This document shows, piece after piece, positions 50,452 to 59,509 of a stretch of 64,000 nucleotides of DNA. A program made the translations under genes and the position numbers. Location of the stretch: positions 125,922-189,921 of the forward strand of contig JBGTLG010000016.1 of assembly GCA_041744215.1 (NCBI GenBank). Direction: 5' to 3'. A model generated the notes under the pieces. It made no database searches. It saw only the letters and a program-made list of their open reading frames with translations, and was not told the DNA's origin. Source of the DNA: Fimbriimonadales bacterium. GTDB lineage: Bacteria; Armatimonadota; Fimbriimonadia; Fimbriimonadales; ATM1. Position 1 is the first letter of the stretch, and each line of letters starts with the position of its first letter.

Positions 50452-51203
50452 CGTTGTTCGACCCTGACCCCGAGCTTCGTTGGTTGTTTTGCTTCACACA
50501 TCCAGACGATGAGATTTCGATCTGTGCGTGGATAAAGCGCCTCACGTCCTCCGGTGCGAATGTATGGGCAGGCTGGAGTGTTTCAAATCCAGTTCGTGAG
50601 TCAGAAGCCAGACAGGTAATGAAGATGCTCGACGTGCCGCAGAAGCGATTGCGATACTATGGCAAACCTGATAAAGGAGCATGTGACCACTTGCCAGAGT
50701 TGGTGTCTGACTGGGCGGAGTTCATTGACGAGGTGAGGCCCAGCCGTATAGCTATCGGTGCTTTTGAGTGCGGTCATATCGACCATGACGCTACCAACTT
50801 TGCGGTCTCGCACGCGCTACGACTTACTAACCACGTCTCATCGCCGCTACTCGAAATCCCGTGGTACCACACGTACCTTACACGTGTCCCGGTTTTGGGT
50901 CGATTCGCGGATCCGACAGGCGAGGAAGTGTTGACTCTCGGGGACGAAGAGCGGCGTCTAAAATGGCGCGTGGCACGCATGTATCCTAGCCAAAACATTG
51001 CATCGCTGCTCGTTTGGTATACAGCTCTGACCTGGGCGAAGTTTCGAACGATCGATCTTCGCAGAACTGAGCGGATGCGGCTACAAGCGCACTTTGACTA
51101 TTTCCGTCCCAACCTCCCCTCAACGCTCGCTCGGAAAGTGGAAAAGTCGGAGACGTGGGCGCGTTGGGTCAATGCGATCGAGCGCTATGAAGCAAGACTA
51201 TGA
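50448..51203 (+). CDS. PIG-L family deacetylase
   Basis: HPDDE, R..EA, GH.DH motifs; ATGA overlap with the kinase. Confidence 0.85.
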   Translation: MTLFDPDPELRWLFCFTHPDDEISICAWIKRLTSSGANVWAGWSVSNPVRESEARQVMKMLDVPQKRLRYYGKPDKGACDHLPELVSDWAEFIDEVRPSRIAIGAFECGHIDHDATNFAVSHALRLTNHVSSPLLEIPWYHTYLTRVPVLGRFADPTGEEVLTLGDEERRLKWRVARMYPSQNIASLLVWYTALTWAKFRTIDLRRTERMRLQAHFDYFRPNLPSTLARKVEKSETWARWVNAIERYEARL

Positions 51204-52109
51204 AGCTCGAAACACTTCCCAAAGACACCGCGCGGCGAGCCGGGCAGTAGACTCGTTCGAGTCGTATTGAGGTGAGAGCTCGTAAATGCCAAACGTACGG
51301 AGCTTAGGCAGGGACGCGAGAGGAGCCAAAGCATCAAGCACGCTCCTCGGCGATAGCCCGGTTGGCTGGGGAGCGCTAACACCAGGAGCCACCGACATTT
51401 CGAAGACATCGAGATCGAGGCTGAGATCGAACGAGTCGCACTTTGCTGAGATCTCCTTGCCAATCTGCGCAATACGCCCTGGCTGTGACTCCTCATCATC
51501 TGCAAAGAGCACCCTCCCTCCGCTTGCTAAGACGTATCCCTCGTGAATCGTAGATGTTGCAGCTCTTTGAACGCCATACCACGCCGCGTTTTCGCCCTTT
51601 ACTCCTGTCTCAAGCGCGCGCCAGTAGGAAGTGCCGGAGTGACGCATTTCACTCGGCCTAACGTCGAGATGGGCGTCGATGTTTACAAATCCGACACTTC
51701 CGATCTTCATGAGCGCGTCTATCGAACAAAAGCCCCAGTCATGTCCGCCACCAAGAATTGCAACCCGCCTCGCGGTCGACAGCGCGAACGCGATCGCCTG
51801 AGTTGCCTCTTCGTGGTCGACTGCAAGATCGTCTGTCATCTCAAGGTCGCCGAGATCAGCGATTCGTTGTTTCATGTTTGGGGGCACAAGTCGGTAGAAC
51901 CACTTCCGAATGGCGTTCGGCGCGTCTTTAGCTCCAATTCGACCCTTATTCAGTGCGATCCCGCGATCGTCTGGAAATCCGAGAATCGCCCAGTCCCAGG
52001 TGTCTTGTGAAAAACTCTGGGGCGACAACATTTGCGCGATGTCCCCAAGGCGTCTATCCTCGGGTTCACCACGGGAGAACAGAAGTTCAGGCGACAGACG
52101 AAAAGTCAT
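51198..52109 (-). CDS. hutG: Formimidoylglutamase (arginase family)
   Basis: GFP.D.G...N.GR.GA...P..IR, LGGGHD, NIDAHLDVR, SLDLDV...APGVSAP. Confidence 0.9.
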   Translation of the reverse strand: MTFRLSPELLFSRGEPEDRRLGDIAQMLSPQSFSQDTWDWAILGFPDDRGIALNKGRIGAKDAPNAIRKWFYRLVPPNMKQRIADLGDLEMTDDLAVDHEEATQAIAFALSTARRVAILGGGHDWGFCSIDALMKIGSVGFVNIDAHLDVRPSEMRHSGTSYWRALETGVKGENAAWYGVQRAATSTIHEGYVLASGGRVLFADDEESQPGRIAQIGKEISAKCDSFDLSLDLDVFEMSVAPGVSAPQPTGLSPRSVLDALAPLASLPKLRTFGIYELSPQYDSNESTARLAARCLWEVFRAS

Positions 52110-52119
52110 CCGCTGCTCG

Positions 52120-52815
52120 TTAGTCGATACGCACGAGTTTTGCGGTTGCGTCCATCGGGAACCCAGGTTGGAACTCGACGTTTTTCATTACGTACTCCCC
52201 CTTATGAAGAGAGCCGTCCTTCACTTCTAACCAGACCGTCGCAGTTGTCGTGATGGGGGTGCTGCCTTCAGTCTCTCGAAACTCGTACGTGAGTTTCCAG
52301 CATCGAGCGCCTGCCACATCCTCTTCACCAATGTACTTGAACGATGTTTCGCTTGCAACCCTCTTCTTCGAGGCGTCTGCCTTCACGGTGCGCTTCCAAA
52401 CGTCGCCGGGCTTGACTTTGCCTTCTGGATAGATGATCACCAAGCCTTCAGCCCAGCGCATATCCACATCCATCTCTTGCGATTCGGCCTTTCGGTCCAT
52501 AAGCTCGCCATTTGCGCTGTACGTCTGAACAGCGGATCCTAGTGAACCGAGATCCATTTCTTGCCCTCCAAACGTAATCTTGACCGAATCGACGGACTCA
52601 CGGGCGACCACCGCACCGTCGGCTTTGATTTCGAGGATCGTCCCCGACGTGATCGATACAGCAAGCGCCCCATCGACGTCCATATCCATTCGGTACTTGG
52701 ACTTATCTCCCACCTTGGGGGTCCACTTCAGCGAAACCTCTTCGGGGATGGCAATCGCGCCGACCGCCAGCGCCGCCAAAGCTACGATACAGAGTCTCTT
52801 TTTGCGTGTGTTCAT
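52120..52815 (-). CDS. Hypothetical exported beta-rich protein
   Basis: Basic plus hydrophobic signal peptide; LKW.PK.G....Y pattern; AAGGAG SD. Confidence 0.75.
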   Translation of the reverse strand: MNTRKKRLCIVALAALAVGAIAIPEEVSLKWTPKVGDKSKYRMDMDVDGALAVSITSGTILEIKADGAVVARESVDSVKITFGGQEMDLGSLGSAVQTYSANGELMDRKAESQEMDVDMRWAEGLVIIYPEGKVKPGDVWKRTVKADASKKRVASETSFKYIGEEDVAGARCWKLTYEFRETEGSTPITTTATVWLEVKDGSLHKGEYVMKNVEFQPGFPMDATAKLVRID

Positions 52816-52826
52816 GATGCTCCTTT

Positions 52827-53414
52827 TCACGGCTCGGAGGATACCTGCCTAACTCTTTCTACCCAGTTAGCGACGATTTGGTTGCCATGCTCTGTTAGGA
52901 TGCTTTCCGGGTGGAACTGAACACCTTCAACGTCCAGCTCTTTGTGGCGAATACCCATTATCTCGCCGTCTTCAGAGGTCGCAGTCACCATGAGCTCATC
53001 AGGGAAGGTTGACTTATCCACGGCAAGGCTGTGGTATCGGATCGCACGGAACGGGTTGTCTACGCCTCTAAACACTCCTTCGCCATCGTGTGTAATCTGC
53101 GACTCCTTACCATGCATGATTCGTTCGGCACGCACGATTTTCCCCCCATACACTTCTCCAATCGCCTGCATGCCCAAGCACACACCAAAAATCGGAACCT
53201 TCCCTGCAAACCTCCGAATCAACTCCTCGGAGATCCCAGCCCTATCCGGAGTGCACGGCCCCGGGGATATGAGAATCGCGCTCGGAGCTAGTTTCTCGAC
53301 TTCGTCAACGGTAAGCTCATCGTTTCGTCGGACTGTTAGCTCTGCGCCACTGTCCATCAAATACTGCGCGATGTTGTATGTAAACGAGTCGTAGTTGTCT
53401 ATTAGAAGAATCAC
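52827..53414 (-). CDS. trpG: Anthranilate/aminodeoxychorismate synthase component II
   Basis: IDNYDSFTYN, ISPGPC.P, GVCLG.Q, RYHSL, GVQFHPES. Confidence 0.93.
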   Translation of the reverse strand: MILLIDNYDSFTYNIAQYLMDSGAELTVRRNDELTVDEVEKLAPSAILISPGPCTPDRAGISEELIRRFAGKVPIFGVCLGMQAIGEVYGGKIVRAERIMHGKESQITHDGEGVFRGVDNPFRAIRYHSLAVDKSTFPDELMVTATSEDGEIMGIRHKELDVEGVQFHPESILTEHGNQIVANWVERVRQVSSEP

Positions 53415-54832
53415 TCAAGCTCTCCCATTTCTGCAGCCTCAATAGCGCGGAGGACCGCCGCCGCCTTGTTGTTGCACTCCTCCCACTCTTTCTGCGGCAC
53501 ACTATCGAAGACGATTCCCGCCCCGACCTGTATGTGCGCTACTCCGTTTTTCAGAAGGATCGTGCGTATAGCGATTGCTGTGTCCATGTCACCGTTGAAC
53601 CCGAAGTAACCTACAGCCCCAGCGTACACGCCGCGACGCGTTGGCTCGAGTTCCTCAATGATTTCCATCGCACGCACTTTCGGTGCGCCGCTTACCGTGC
53701 CAGCAGGGAAGCAGGCGCGAAAGACATCGAAACAGTCGAGGTCGTCGCTGACTTCACCTGTCACGTCGCTGACGATGTGGATCACGTGAGAATACTTTTC
53801 AATCGTCATAAGAGCGTTCACGTGAACGGTACCAGTCTTCGCAATACGACCCACGTCATTTCGGCCCAGGTCTACCAACATAAGGTGTTCAGCGCGCTCT
53901 TTCTCGTCCTGCAGTAGCTCCTGCTCGAGGCGCCTATCCTCGTCTTCCGTACGCCCTCTGGGTCGAGTGCCCGCGATCGGCCGAACTCGCGCTCTGCCGT
54001 CCTCACAGGTGACAAGAACTTCTGGAGAAGCACCGATTACATCGCAATCCCCAAGACGGAGCAAGTACATGTAAGGCGACGGGTTGATCGACCGCAAACT
54101 CCTGTAAAGCATGACTGGGTGCGAGTCAACTGGCGATGACAATCGCTGACTCATTACCACCTGCACGCCATCGCCTGCCTCGATGTACTCAACGGTTCGC
54201 TGCACAGCCGATTCGTAAGCCTCTCTCGTCATGTTTGCTTCGAGCATGGGCATCTTTCTGCTGTTTGATGGCAACGCCGGCAGCGGCCCCCTTAGCTTGT
54301 TGGCGATACTCGCGATTCGGTTACACGCGGAAGTGTATTCGTCCTCTCCACCCGCCGCGTGGGCAATAATCAGCATTCTGTTTCGTGCGTGGTCGAAGGC
54401 AACGAGATCTTCTGTGAGAAGCATGCAAGCGTCGTCACATTCCAAGTCGTCGACAGTATCTGCAGGCAGGTTCTCGAACTGACGCACTGCATCGTACGCG
54501 ACATAACCAACAGCCCCCCCCGAAAACCTTGGAAGCCCCTCGACCCGAGCCACCGGTCGATCCAGAACTGCTTCCTTGATCGGTAGAAGAGGGTCTGTCA
54601 GCTCCCGAACGCGGATCACCCGTGCTGGGTTCGCCCCTAAAAAACTGTATCTCGCAAGGCTCTCGCCACCAGTGACCGACTCGAGAAGAAACGAGTACTC
54701 CGCGTCGTGAGCCAGCTTCCAATAGGCAGACGTCGGAGTCTCTAAATCAGCGAGTAACTCGGTGTAAAGTGGCACCCTCGCTCCAGCCTGCGCGAGCCGG
54801 CGAAACTCATCGAGCGTGGGAGAGACCTTCAC
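53411..54832 (-). CDS. trpE: Anthranilate synthase component I
   Basis: LLES (Trp feedback motif), NPSPYMY, PIAGTRPRG, KE.AEH.MLVDLGRND, FPAGTVSGAPK, AIAIRT. Confidence 0.95.
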   Translation of the reverse strand: MKVSPTLDEFRRLAQAGARVPLYTELLADLETPTSAYWKLAHDAEYSFLLESVTGGESLARYSFLGANPARVIRVRELTDPLLPIKEAVLDRPVARVEGLPRFSGGAVGYVAYDAVRQFENLPADTVDDLECDDACMLLTEDLVAFDHARNRMLIIAHAAGGEDEYTSACNRIASIANKLRGPLPALPSNSRKMPMLEANMTREAYESAVQRTVEYIEAGDGVQVVMSQRLSSPVDSHPVMLYRSLRSINPSPYMYLLRLGDCDVIGASPEVLVTCEDGRARVRPIAGTRPRGRTEDEDRRLEQELLQDEKERAEHLMLVDLGRNDVGRIAKTGTVHVNALMTIEKYSHVIHIVSDVTGEVSDDLDCFDVFRACFPAGTVSGAPKVRAMEIIEELEPTRRGVYAGAVGYFGFNGDMDTAIAIRTILLKNGVAHIQVGAGIVFDSVPQKEWEECNNKAAAVLRAIEAAEMGELE

Positions 54833-56253
54833 AACTTGGTTGCGAGCGCTCCCATTGGATCCCACGGAGGCAGGTGAACGGGCTTCTGATCAAGTGCTTT
54901 TAGGATGGCCTTTGGCACGAAACTGCGATTGACCGCGACTTCGTAAACATACTCATCAAACCAATCGTCAGACATCGCGAAAAAGCCTTTGTCCCCAACT
55001 TGCTCTCCCCACGAATTCTCTACTCGCCATTTCCGAGGGGCATCCTCCGCGTCCAGGTCGACTCCCGTAAAGACCATCGCGTGATTCATCGCGCTATGGC
55101 CATAGTCGAGCCTCTCCGCCTTGTTCAGGCTGAAGTCGGTCCCATACACCGAACCAAAATCGTAGATCGTCATGTCAAGCAGGCCGAGATCTCGATCCAT
55201 CATTTTTCCGACGTCCGCCCCGAACCAGACGGTTTCACCCGACTTCAACATATCAACTGCGGCTTTCTTTAGCACGCTCAATTCAACATTCAGGTATCGA
55301 ATGATGTCCGCACCTACGACGTTTCCAAGAAAATCCAATGTGTAGAGGGTGTTAAACTGCTTCGAGGCTTGCGGACAGTGTATGAGGCAGACCTTTTCGC
55401 TGATGTCGTGCGGCACATACCTTTCATAGAATTCCAGTGGAGTTACTTTCGCGATCCTGTGAAACTTATCCGCCTTGTCGCGGTACTGCCACTCAAAGGA
55501 TGTTGGCGGCTCCCCAAGGTGAATGGCAAGCATGCGGTAAACGACGTTGAGCATTTCCGATTTGATGGTCTTCAGCTCATTCGTCCCGGTGCCTCCGGCT
55601 GCACGGCTGCGTAGATCAGCGGCAAACTCTCGAAGCTTTGTCGTGACTGTGTGGTTTACCCATCGAGTTGCGCTGCTGCTGTCGGTCTCTGGCATTACCT
55701 GTTTCGGAACGACGCCATACTTGTTGACGAGGTTGACAAACATATCCCACTGTCCGCCATCCTGAATCGGATCCCTCAAAAGGTGGTCGAGCAGGCGACT
55801 TCCTATTGGTTCGTCCAGCGTCTGAAGGATACTCTCGAGGAAGTAGTTTGCCTTCTCAAGTTTGTCCCAAAACATCATGTAGTTTTGAGAGAATTCGAAC
55901 TTAGAGTCGAGATTGTGTTTCTCTATCATCGCCGCGCGCATCGGGTTTAGTCCTGCGAACAGCCAACATCTCCCGCTCGCGTTCTGGCTGGTTGCGTCGC
56001 CCGCCTTCAGGTGCACCGAGAAAACATGATTGCTCTGGACGACCCTGCTGCGGTTCAGCGAGACAGCAGGGAGTGCAGTCTTCGTCACGGCGTTGAGCGC
56101 AATCCGGCTCTCCGGTCGTGATTGGAAGTCCTTCTGAAATCGAGTTAGGCTTCCCGCATCGATCTCGCCGGAGGACTTCGTTTTCTTGCCATTTTGCGGC
56201 TGTGCATTCTGCTTCGCCTGCTTCTTGGGTACGGATTTCGTAGTTTTGCTCAT
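54829..56253 (-). CDS. pepC: Aminopeptidase C / bleomycin hydrolase (C1B)
   Basis: Q.ASGRCWLFA, FWDKLEKAN.FL, DGGQWDM, NHAMVFTGV, WRVENSWG, PWDPMGALA. Confidence 0.95.
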   Translation of the reverse strand: MSKTTKSVPKKQAKQNAQPQNGKKTKSSGEIDAGSLTRFQKDFQSRPESRIALNAVTKTALPAVSLNRSRVVQSNHVFSVHLKAGDATSQNASGRCWLFAGLNPMRAAMIEKHNLDSKFEFSQNYMMFWDKLEKANYFLESILQTLDEPIGSRLLDHLLRDPIQDGGQWDMFVNLVNKYGVVPKQVMPETDSSSATRWVNHTVTTKLREFAADLRSRAAGGTGTNELKTIKSEMLNVVYRMLAIHLGEPPTSFEWQYRDKADKFHRIAKVTPLEFYERYVPHDISEKVCLIHCPQASKQFNTLYTLDFLGNVVGADIIRYLNVELSVLKKAAVDMLKSGETVWFGADVGKMMDRDLGLLDMTIYDFGSVYGTDFSLNKAERLDYGHSAMNHAMVFTGVDLDAEDAPRKWRVENSWGEQVGDKGFFAMSDDWFDEYVYEVAVNRSFVPKAILKALDQKPVHLPPWDPMGALATKL

Positions 56254-56293
56254 TGTTGAAGTCGTCCTTACCGTGGACGAGTCTACCCACCTC

Positions 56294-58309
56294 TCACCGC
56301 ACGTACGCCGCCGCGACGCCTCCATCTACCGTGATCGATGCGCCTGTGGTTTTCAACGATCGCGGGCCAGCAAGAAAGAGTATTGCCTCGGCTACGTCCT
56401 CTGGGAGGACGTTAACCTTTAGTGTCGTCCTGCTTTTATAGAAGTCTTCAAGGCCGTCTGGGTGAATGCCGTAAGCGGCCGCTCTTTCAGTGCGCCAGTT
56501 CCCGTCCCAGATTGAAGAGCCGCGAAGGACGGCATCCGGCATGACGCAATTCACCCTGACGCCGATTGCGCCCCCCTCTTCCGCTAAGCATCGTGCGAGA
56601 TGCTGCTCTGCGGCCTTTGCAGCACTGTAGGCCGACGCATTCTTACCAGCGACTACAGCATTCTTGCTAGTGACAAACACAAGCGATCCTCCGATCTGCT
56701 GGCGATCCCAAACTCGAAACGCTTCGCGAGCTGGCAGGAAGTAACCCGTTGCCAAAACCGCAATGTTTCGATTCCACTCTTCAATCGTGGTGCTTACGAT
56801 AGGGTCGCTCGAAGCAACGCCTGCGCTGCAAACGACGATATCCACTCCCCCCCAACGGCTCACAGTTTTCCGAAACGCACCCTCAACGGCAACCTCGTCG
56901 GTTACGTCGCACTCCATAGGCAGCGCTACCCCACCTCCGATCTGTACGGCAGTCTCCTCAGCGCCTCTCATGTTCTTGTCCAAAATTGCTACGTGCGCGC
57001 CCTCCTCCGCAAGTCGCAGCGCGGTCGCCCTTCCGATGCCACTCCCGCCTCCGGTAACGATCGCTATGTGACCAGATAATTCTCGATCTGGCCGACGCTG
57101 CTTGAGCTTGTATAGTTCGAGAGGCCAGTACTCAATGCCAAATGTTTCTGCTGGAGTCAGGCTCTCAAAACCTCCCATCGCCTCTGCCCCCTCGATGACC
57201 TCGATCGCGCGGTGATAAAGGTCTGCGCTAACCTGCGCTTGCCGAGCATCACGCCCGGAGCAAACCATGCCGAAGCCAGGGACAAGAACAACTCTGGGTG
57301 AGGAGTCGGACATCACATCATCAGGAGTTGCGTGGTCTGAAAAATATGCGCTGTAGTTTTTGCGATAGTCTTCGACTGCGGCTCGCAAGGCTTGCTCGAC
57401 TGATTCGCTGCTTATGTCAATGAACAGCGGTTTCTGTTTGACGTGAACCAAGTGGTCCGGACAGGCAGCGCCAACTTGTGAAAGATCTCCCGCAGCAGGA
57501 GTGTTAATCATCTGCATGACACGCTTTGAAGTGTCCCATGTCAAGATCTGCTTCCGTTCCGACGAAATCGCGCCGCGCAAAACGGGCAGTATATGATAGG
57601 CATCGTTATTGGATTCAAGGTCCGCACCGGTCCAGACTCGCTGTCCAGCAAGCCTTATCGCGGCCTCAGCCTCGTCAATGATCGCGATTGCCTTCGAGTA
57701 GCTTTCCTTAGCTGTCGATCCCCAGGTGACTAAACCATGCTTGCCCATGATGACGCACTCCGCATCCGGGCACTCGGAGACCGCCTGATGAATCCGCAGA
57801 GACAATTCGAACCCGGGCCTGATGTAATCAACCCAAACCATTCGGTCGCCGAATACGGAAGCTGCAGCGTCCCGGCCGCGCTTAGTACACGCAAGCGCAA
57901 TGATTGCATCAGGATGCGTATGATCGACTTCGGAAAAAGGTAAGAATGCATGCAAGAGCGTTTCGATCGACTGGCGCGGACGACCAGGTTCTAACACACA
58001 ATGCGCAAGGTATCCCACCATCTCCTCATCTGACATCGATTTTCGTTCCAGCAGCGGTTTCAGGTCATCCAACCTCAGGCCAGCAAACGACTCCGGCGTG
58101 CAGCCTGCCATATCAGAGCCGCTGCCTTTGACCCAAAGGACGCGAACCGTTCGACCTAAGTGATCAAGTTCATCCACCTTCGACGATGTGTTCCCTCCGA
58201 ACACATTCACCACCGCCCGATCTTGCGCGAGGAGGGAAGATCGATATGCCAAGAGGTCGAGCCCAGCCTTCCCGCTGGCGGCAGCGTCATTCCAGAGGTT
58301 TTGAGGCAC
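56294..58309 (-). CDS. Bifunctional rhamnulose-1-phosphate aldolase / short-chain dehydrogenase
   Basis: GGNTS.K, VKGSG.D, SIETLLHAF, HTHPDA, CPDH, EYW.LE..KL; SDR TGGGSGIG and Y.AAKAA. Confidence 0.92.
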   Translation of the reverse strand: MPQNLWNDAAASGKAGLDLLAYRSSLLAQDRAVVNVFGGNTSSKVDELDHLGRTVRVLWVKGSGSDMAGCTPESFAGLRLDDLKPLLERKSMSDEEMVGYLAHCVLEPGRPRQSIETLLHAFLPFSEVDHTHPDAIIALACTKRGRDAAASVFGDRMVWVDYIRPGFELSLRIHQAVSECPDAECVIMGKHGLVTWGSTAKESYSKAIAIIDEAEAAIRLAGQRVWTGADLESNNDAYHILPVLRGAISSERKQILTWDTSKRVMQMINTPAAGDLSQVGAACPDHLVHVKQKPLFIDISSESVEQALRAAVEDYRKNYSAYFSDHATPDDVMSDSSPRVVLVPGFGMVCSGRDARQAQVSADLYHRAIEVIEGAEAMGGFESLTPAETFGIEYWPLELYKLKQRRPDRELSGHIAIVTGGGSGIGRATALRLAEEGAHVAILDKNMRGAEETAVQIGGGVALPMECDVTDEVAVEGAFRKTVSRWGGVDIVVCSAGVASSDPIVSTTIEEWNRNIAVLATGYFLPAREAFRVWDRQQIGGSLVFVTSKNAVVAGKNASAYSAAKAAEQHLARCLAEEGGAIGVRVNCVMPDAVLRGSSIWDGNWRTERAAAYGIHPDGLEDFYKSRTTLKVNVLPEDVAEAILFLAGPRSLKTTGASITVDGGVAAAYVR

Positions 58310-58360
58310 AAGTCATTTTGACACCGTGATGAACGGAGAATAGGCAATAATCGCAGGGAA

Positions 58361-58723
58361 ATGTCACGGTGGCTGTGGATGTTGCTTTTTGCGCTCAGTT
58401 TGGGATGCAACCCGCCTGCACCACCCAGTTTTGTGGGCGTGTGGAAAACGACAGAGTCAAGCCCGGACGCGGTGAAACTGGTCTTCCGAGAGGATGGCGT
58501 GTTCTACCGGATTCGTGACTTTGGGGACTACGAGTGGCGCACTGCTGGCAAGTACCGAGTTGAGCATCGGTACATCTTGTTCGAAAGCCAAGTAGAAGGA
58601 TTCATCGGCCGGGATCCGTCGGACATGGATACGATTCTCAAGGCCAAGTATGAAGTCCGTGGCGCGCAACTGGTGCTTTTTCCCGGATCGAGCAAGGAAG
58701 AGCGCTTCGTTCAAATTGAGTAG
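58361..58723 (+). CDS. Hypothetical lipoprotein (lipocalin-like beta pattern)
   Basis: Lipobox LSLGC; VGVW..., F..DG.F, G.Y.V pattern. Confidence 0.75.
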   Translation: MSRWLWMLLFALSLGCNPPAPPSFVGVWKTTESSPDAVKLVFREDGVFYRIRDFGDYEWRTAGKYRVEHRYILFESQVEGFIGRDPSDMDTILKAKYEVRGAQLVLFPGSSKEERFVQIE

Positions 58724-59509
58724 TTAAACCTGCCCTCCCCGCACGAGAATCAGTTCCGCATGAACTTTGGATAGCACCCCCTCGATCGTTCGAGCGGGTT
58801 CTCCGATTTGTGGATCACTCGCTGGCATCGCGACAACAACCACTAGCGGGTCGGTTCTTCCAACAACTTTTTCGATCGCTGCGGCAATGGTGCGCACTCT
58901 TTCAACTGCCGGCTCAACAGGAAGTTGCTTTGATTCAAGGATCCTTCTCGCTGATTGAAGTGTGGCCGTTGCGCCCTCTTCGGATTCGGGAAGCACCTGT
59001 GTCATTGGAAGGGCTTGCGGCACAAGAAGCGGGTAAACCAAGGCTACGGACAGCTTCCGCATCTGAGCAATTGCTGCAGCCAATGAGATTGCATTAGAAT
59101 CGGACGGAGCACCGAGCACACAAAGTAGCAAGACTCCCGTCGCGTGGGACTTCTTACCTTCACTCTTGCCGATGGATTCCATAAGTTCGAGCGACTGCCT
59201 TGCGTCTTCGACAGTGTCCGCTATGGAGAGTCCGGACCGGACATCCTCAACGGCCATGAGTTTTTCGCGCACGTGCTCAGGAACGTTTGCAACGATGATC
59301 CTTGCGTTCTTTTCTTGAATGTGGCGCAACATGTAATAGAAGGTTTCTGCGCCCTGTTTGGAGACGGAGATCAGTCCACCACAGTCAACGACGACACCCT
59401 GCGGATGCCGCTTCAGGACCAATCCTGCGGCGGTTCGAATCGCCTCCCACTGATTCGTCGCCAGTTCGCCGGAAAGGTAGATGATGTCGTCGATCGATTC
59501 AACAATCAT
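58724..59509 (-). CDS. STAS domain - USP-like domain fusion protein
   Basis: N-terminal LSGEL...VVVDC..L.....G.......N....V STAS pattern; C-terminal USP-like alpha/beta domain; ATGA overlap with the upstream permease. Confidence 0.75.
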   Translation of the reverse strand: MIVESIDDIIYLSGELATNQWEAIRTAAGLVLKRHPQGVVVDCGGLISVSKQGAETFYYMLRHIQEKNARIIVANVPEHVREKLMAVEDVRSGLSIADTVEDARQSLELMESIGKSEGKKSHATGVLLLCVLGAPSDSNAISLAAAIAQMRKLSVALVYPLLVPQALPMTQVLPESEEGATATLQSARRILESKQLPVEPAVERVRTIAAAIEKVVGRTDPLVVVVAMPASDPQIGEPARTIEGVLSKVHAELILVRGGQV

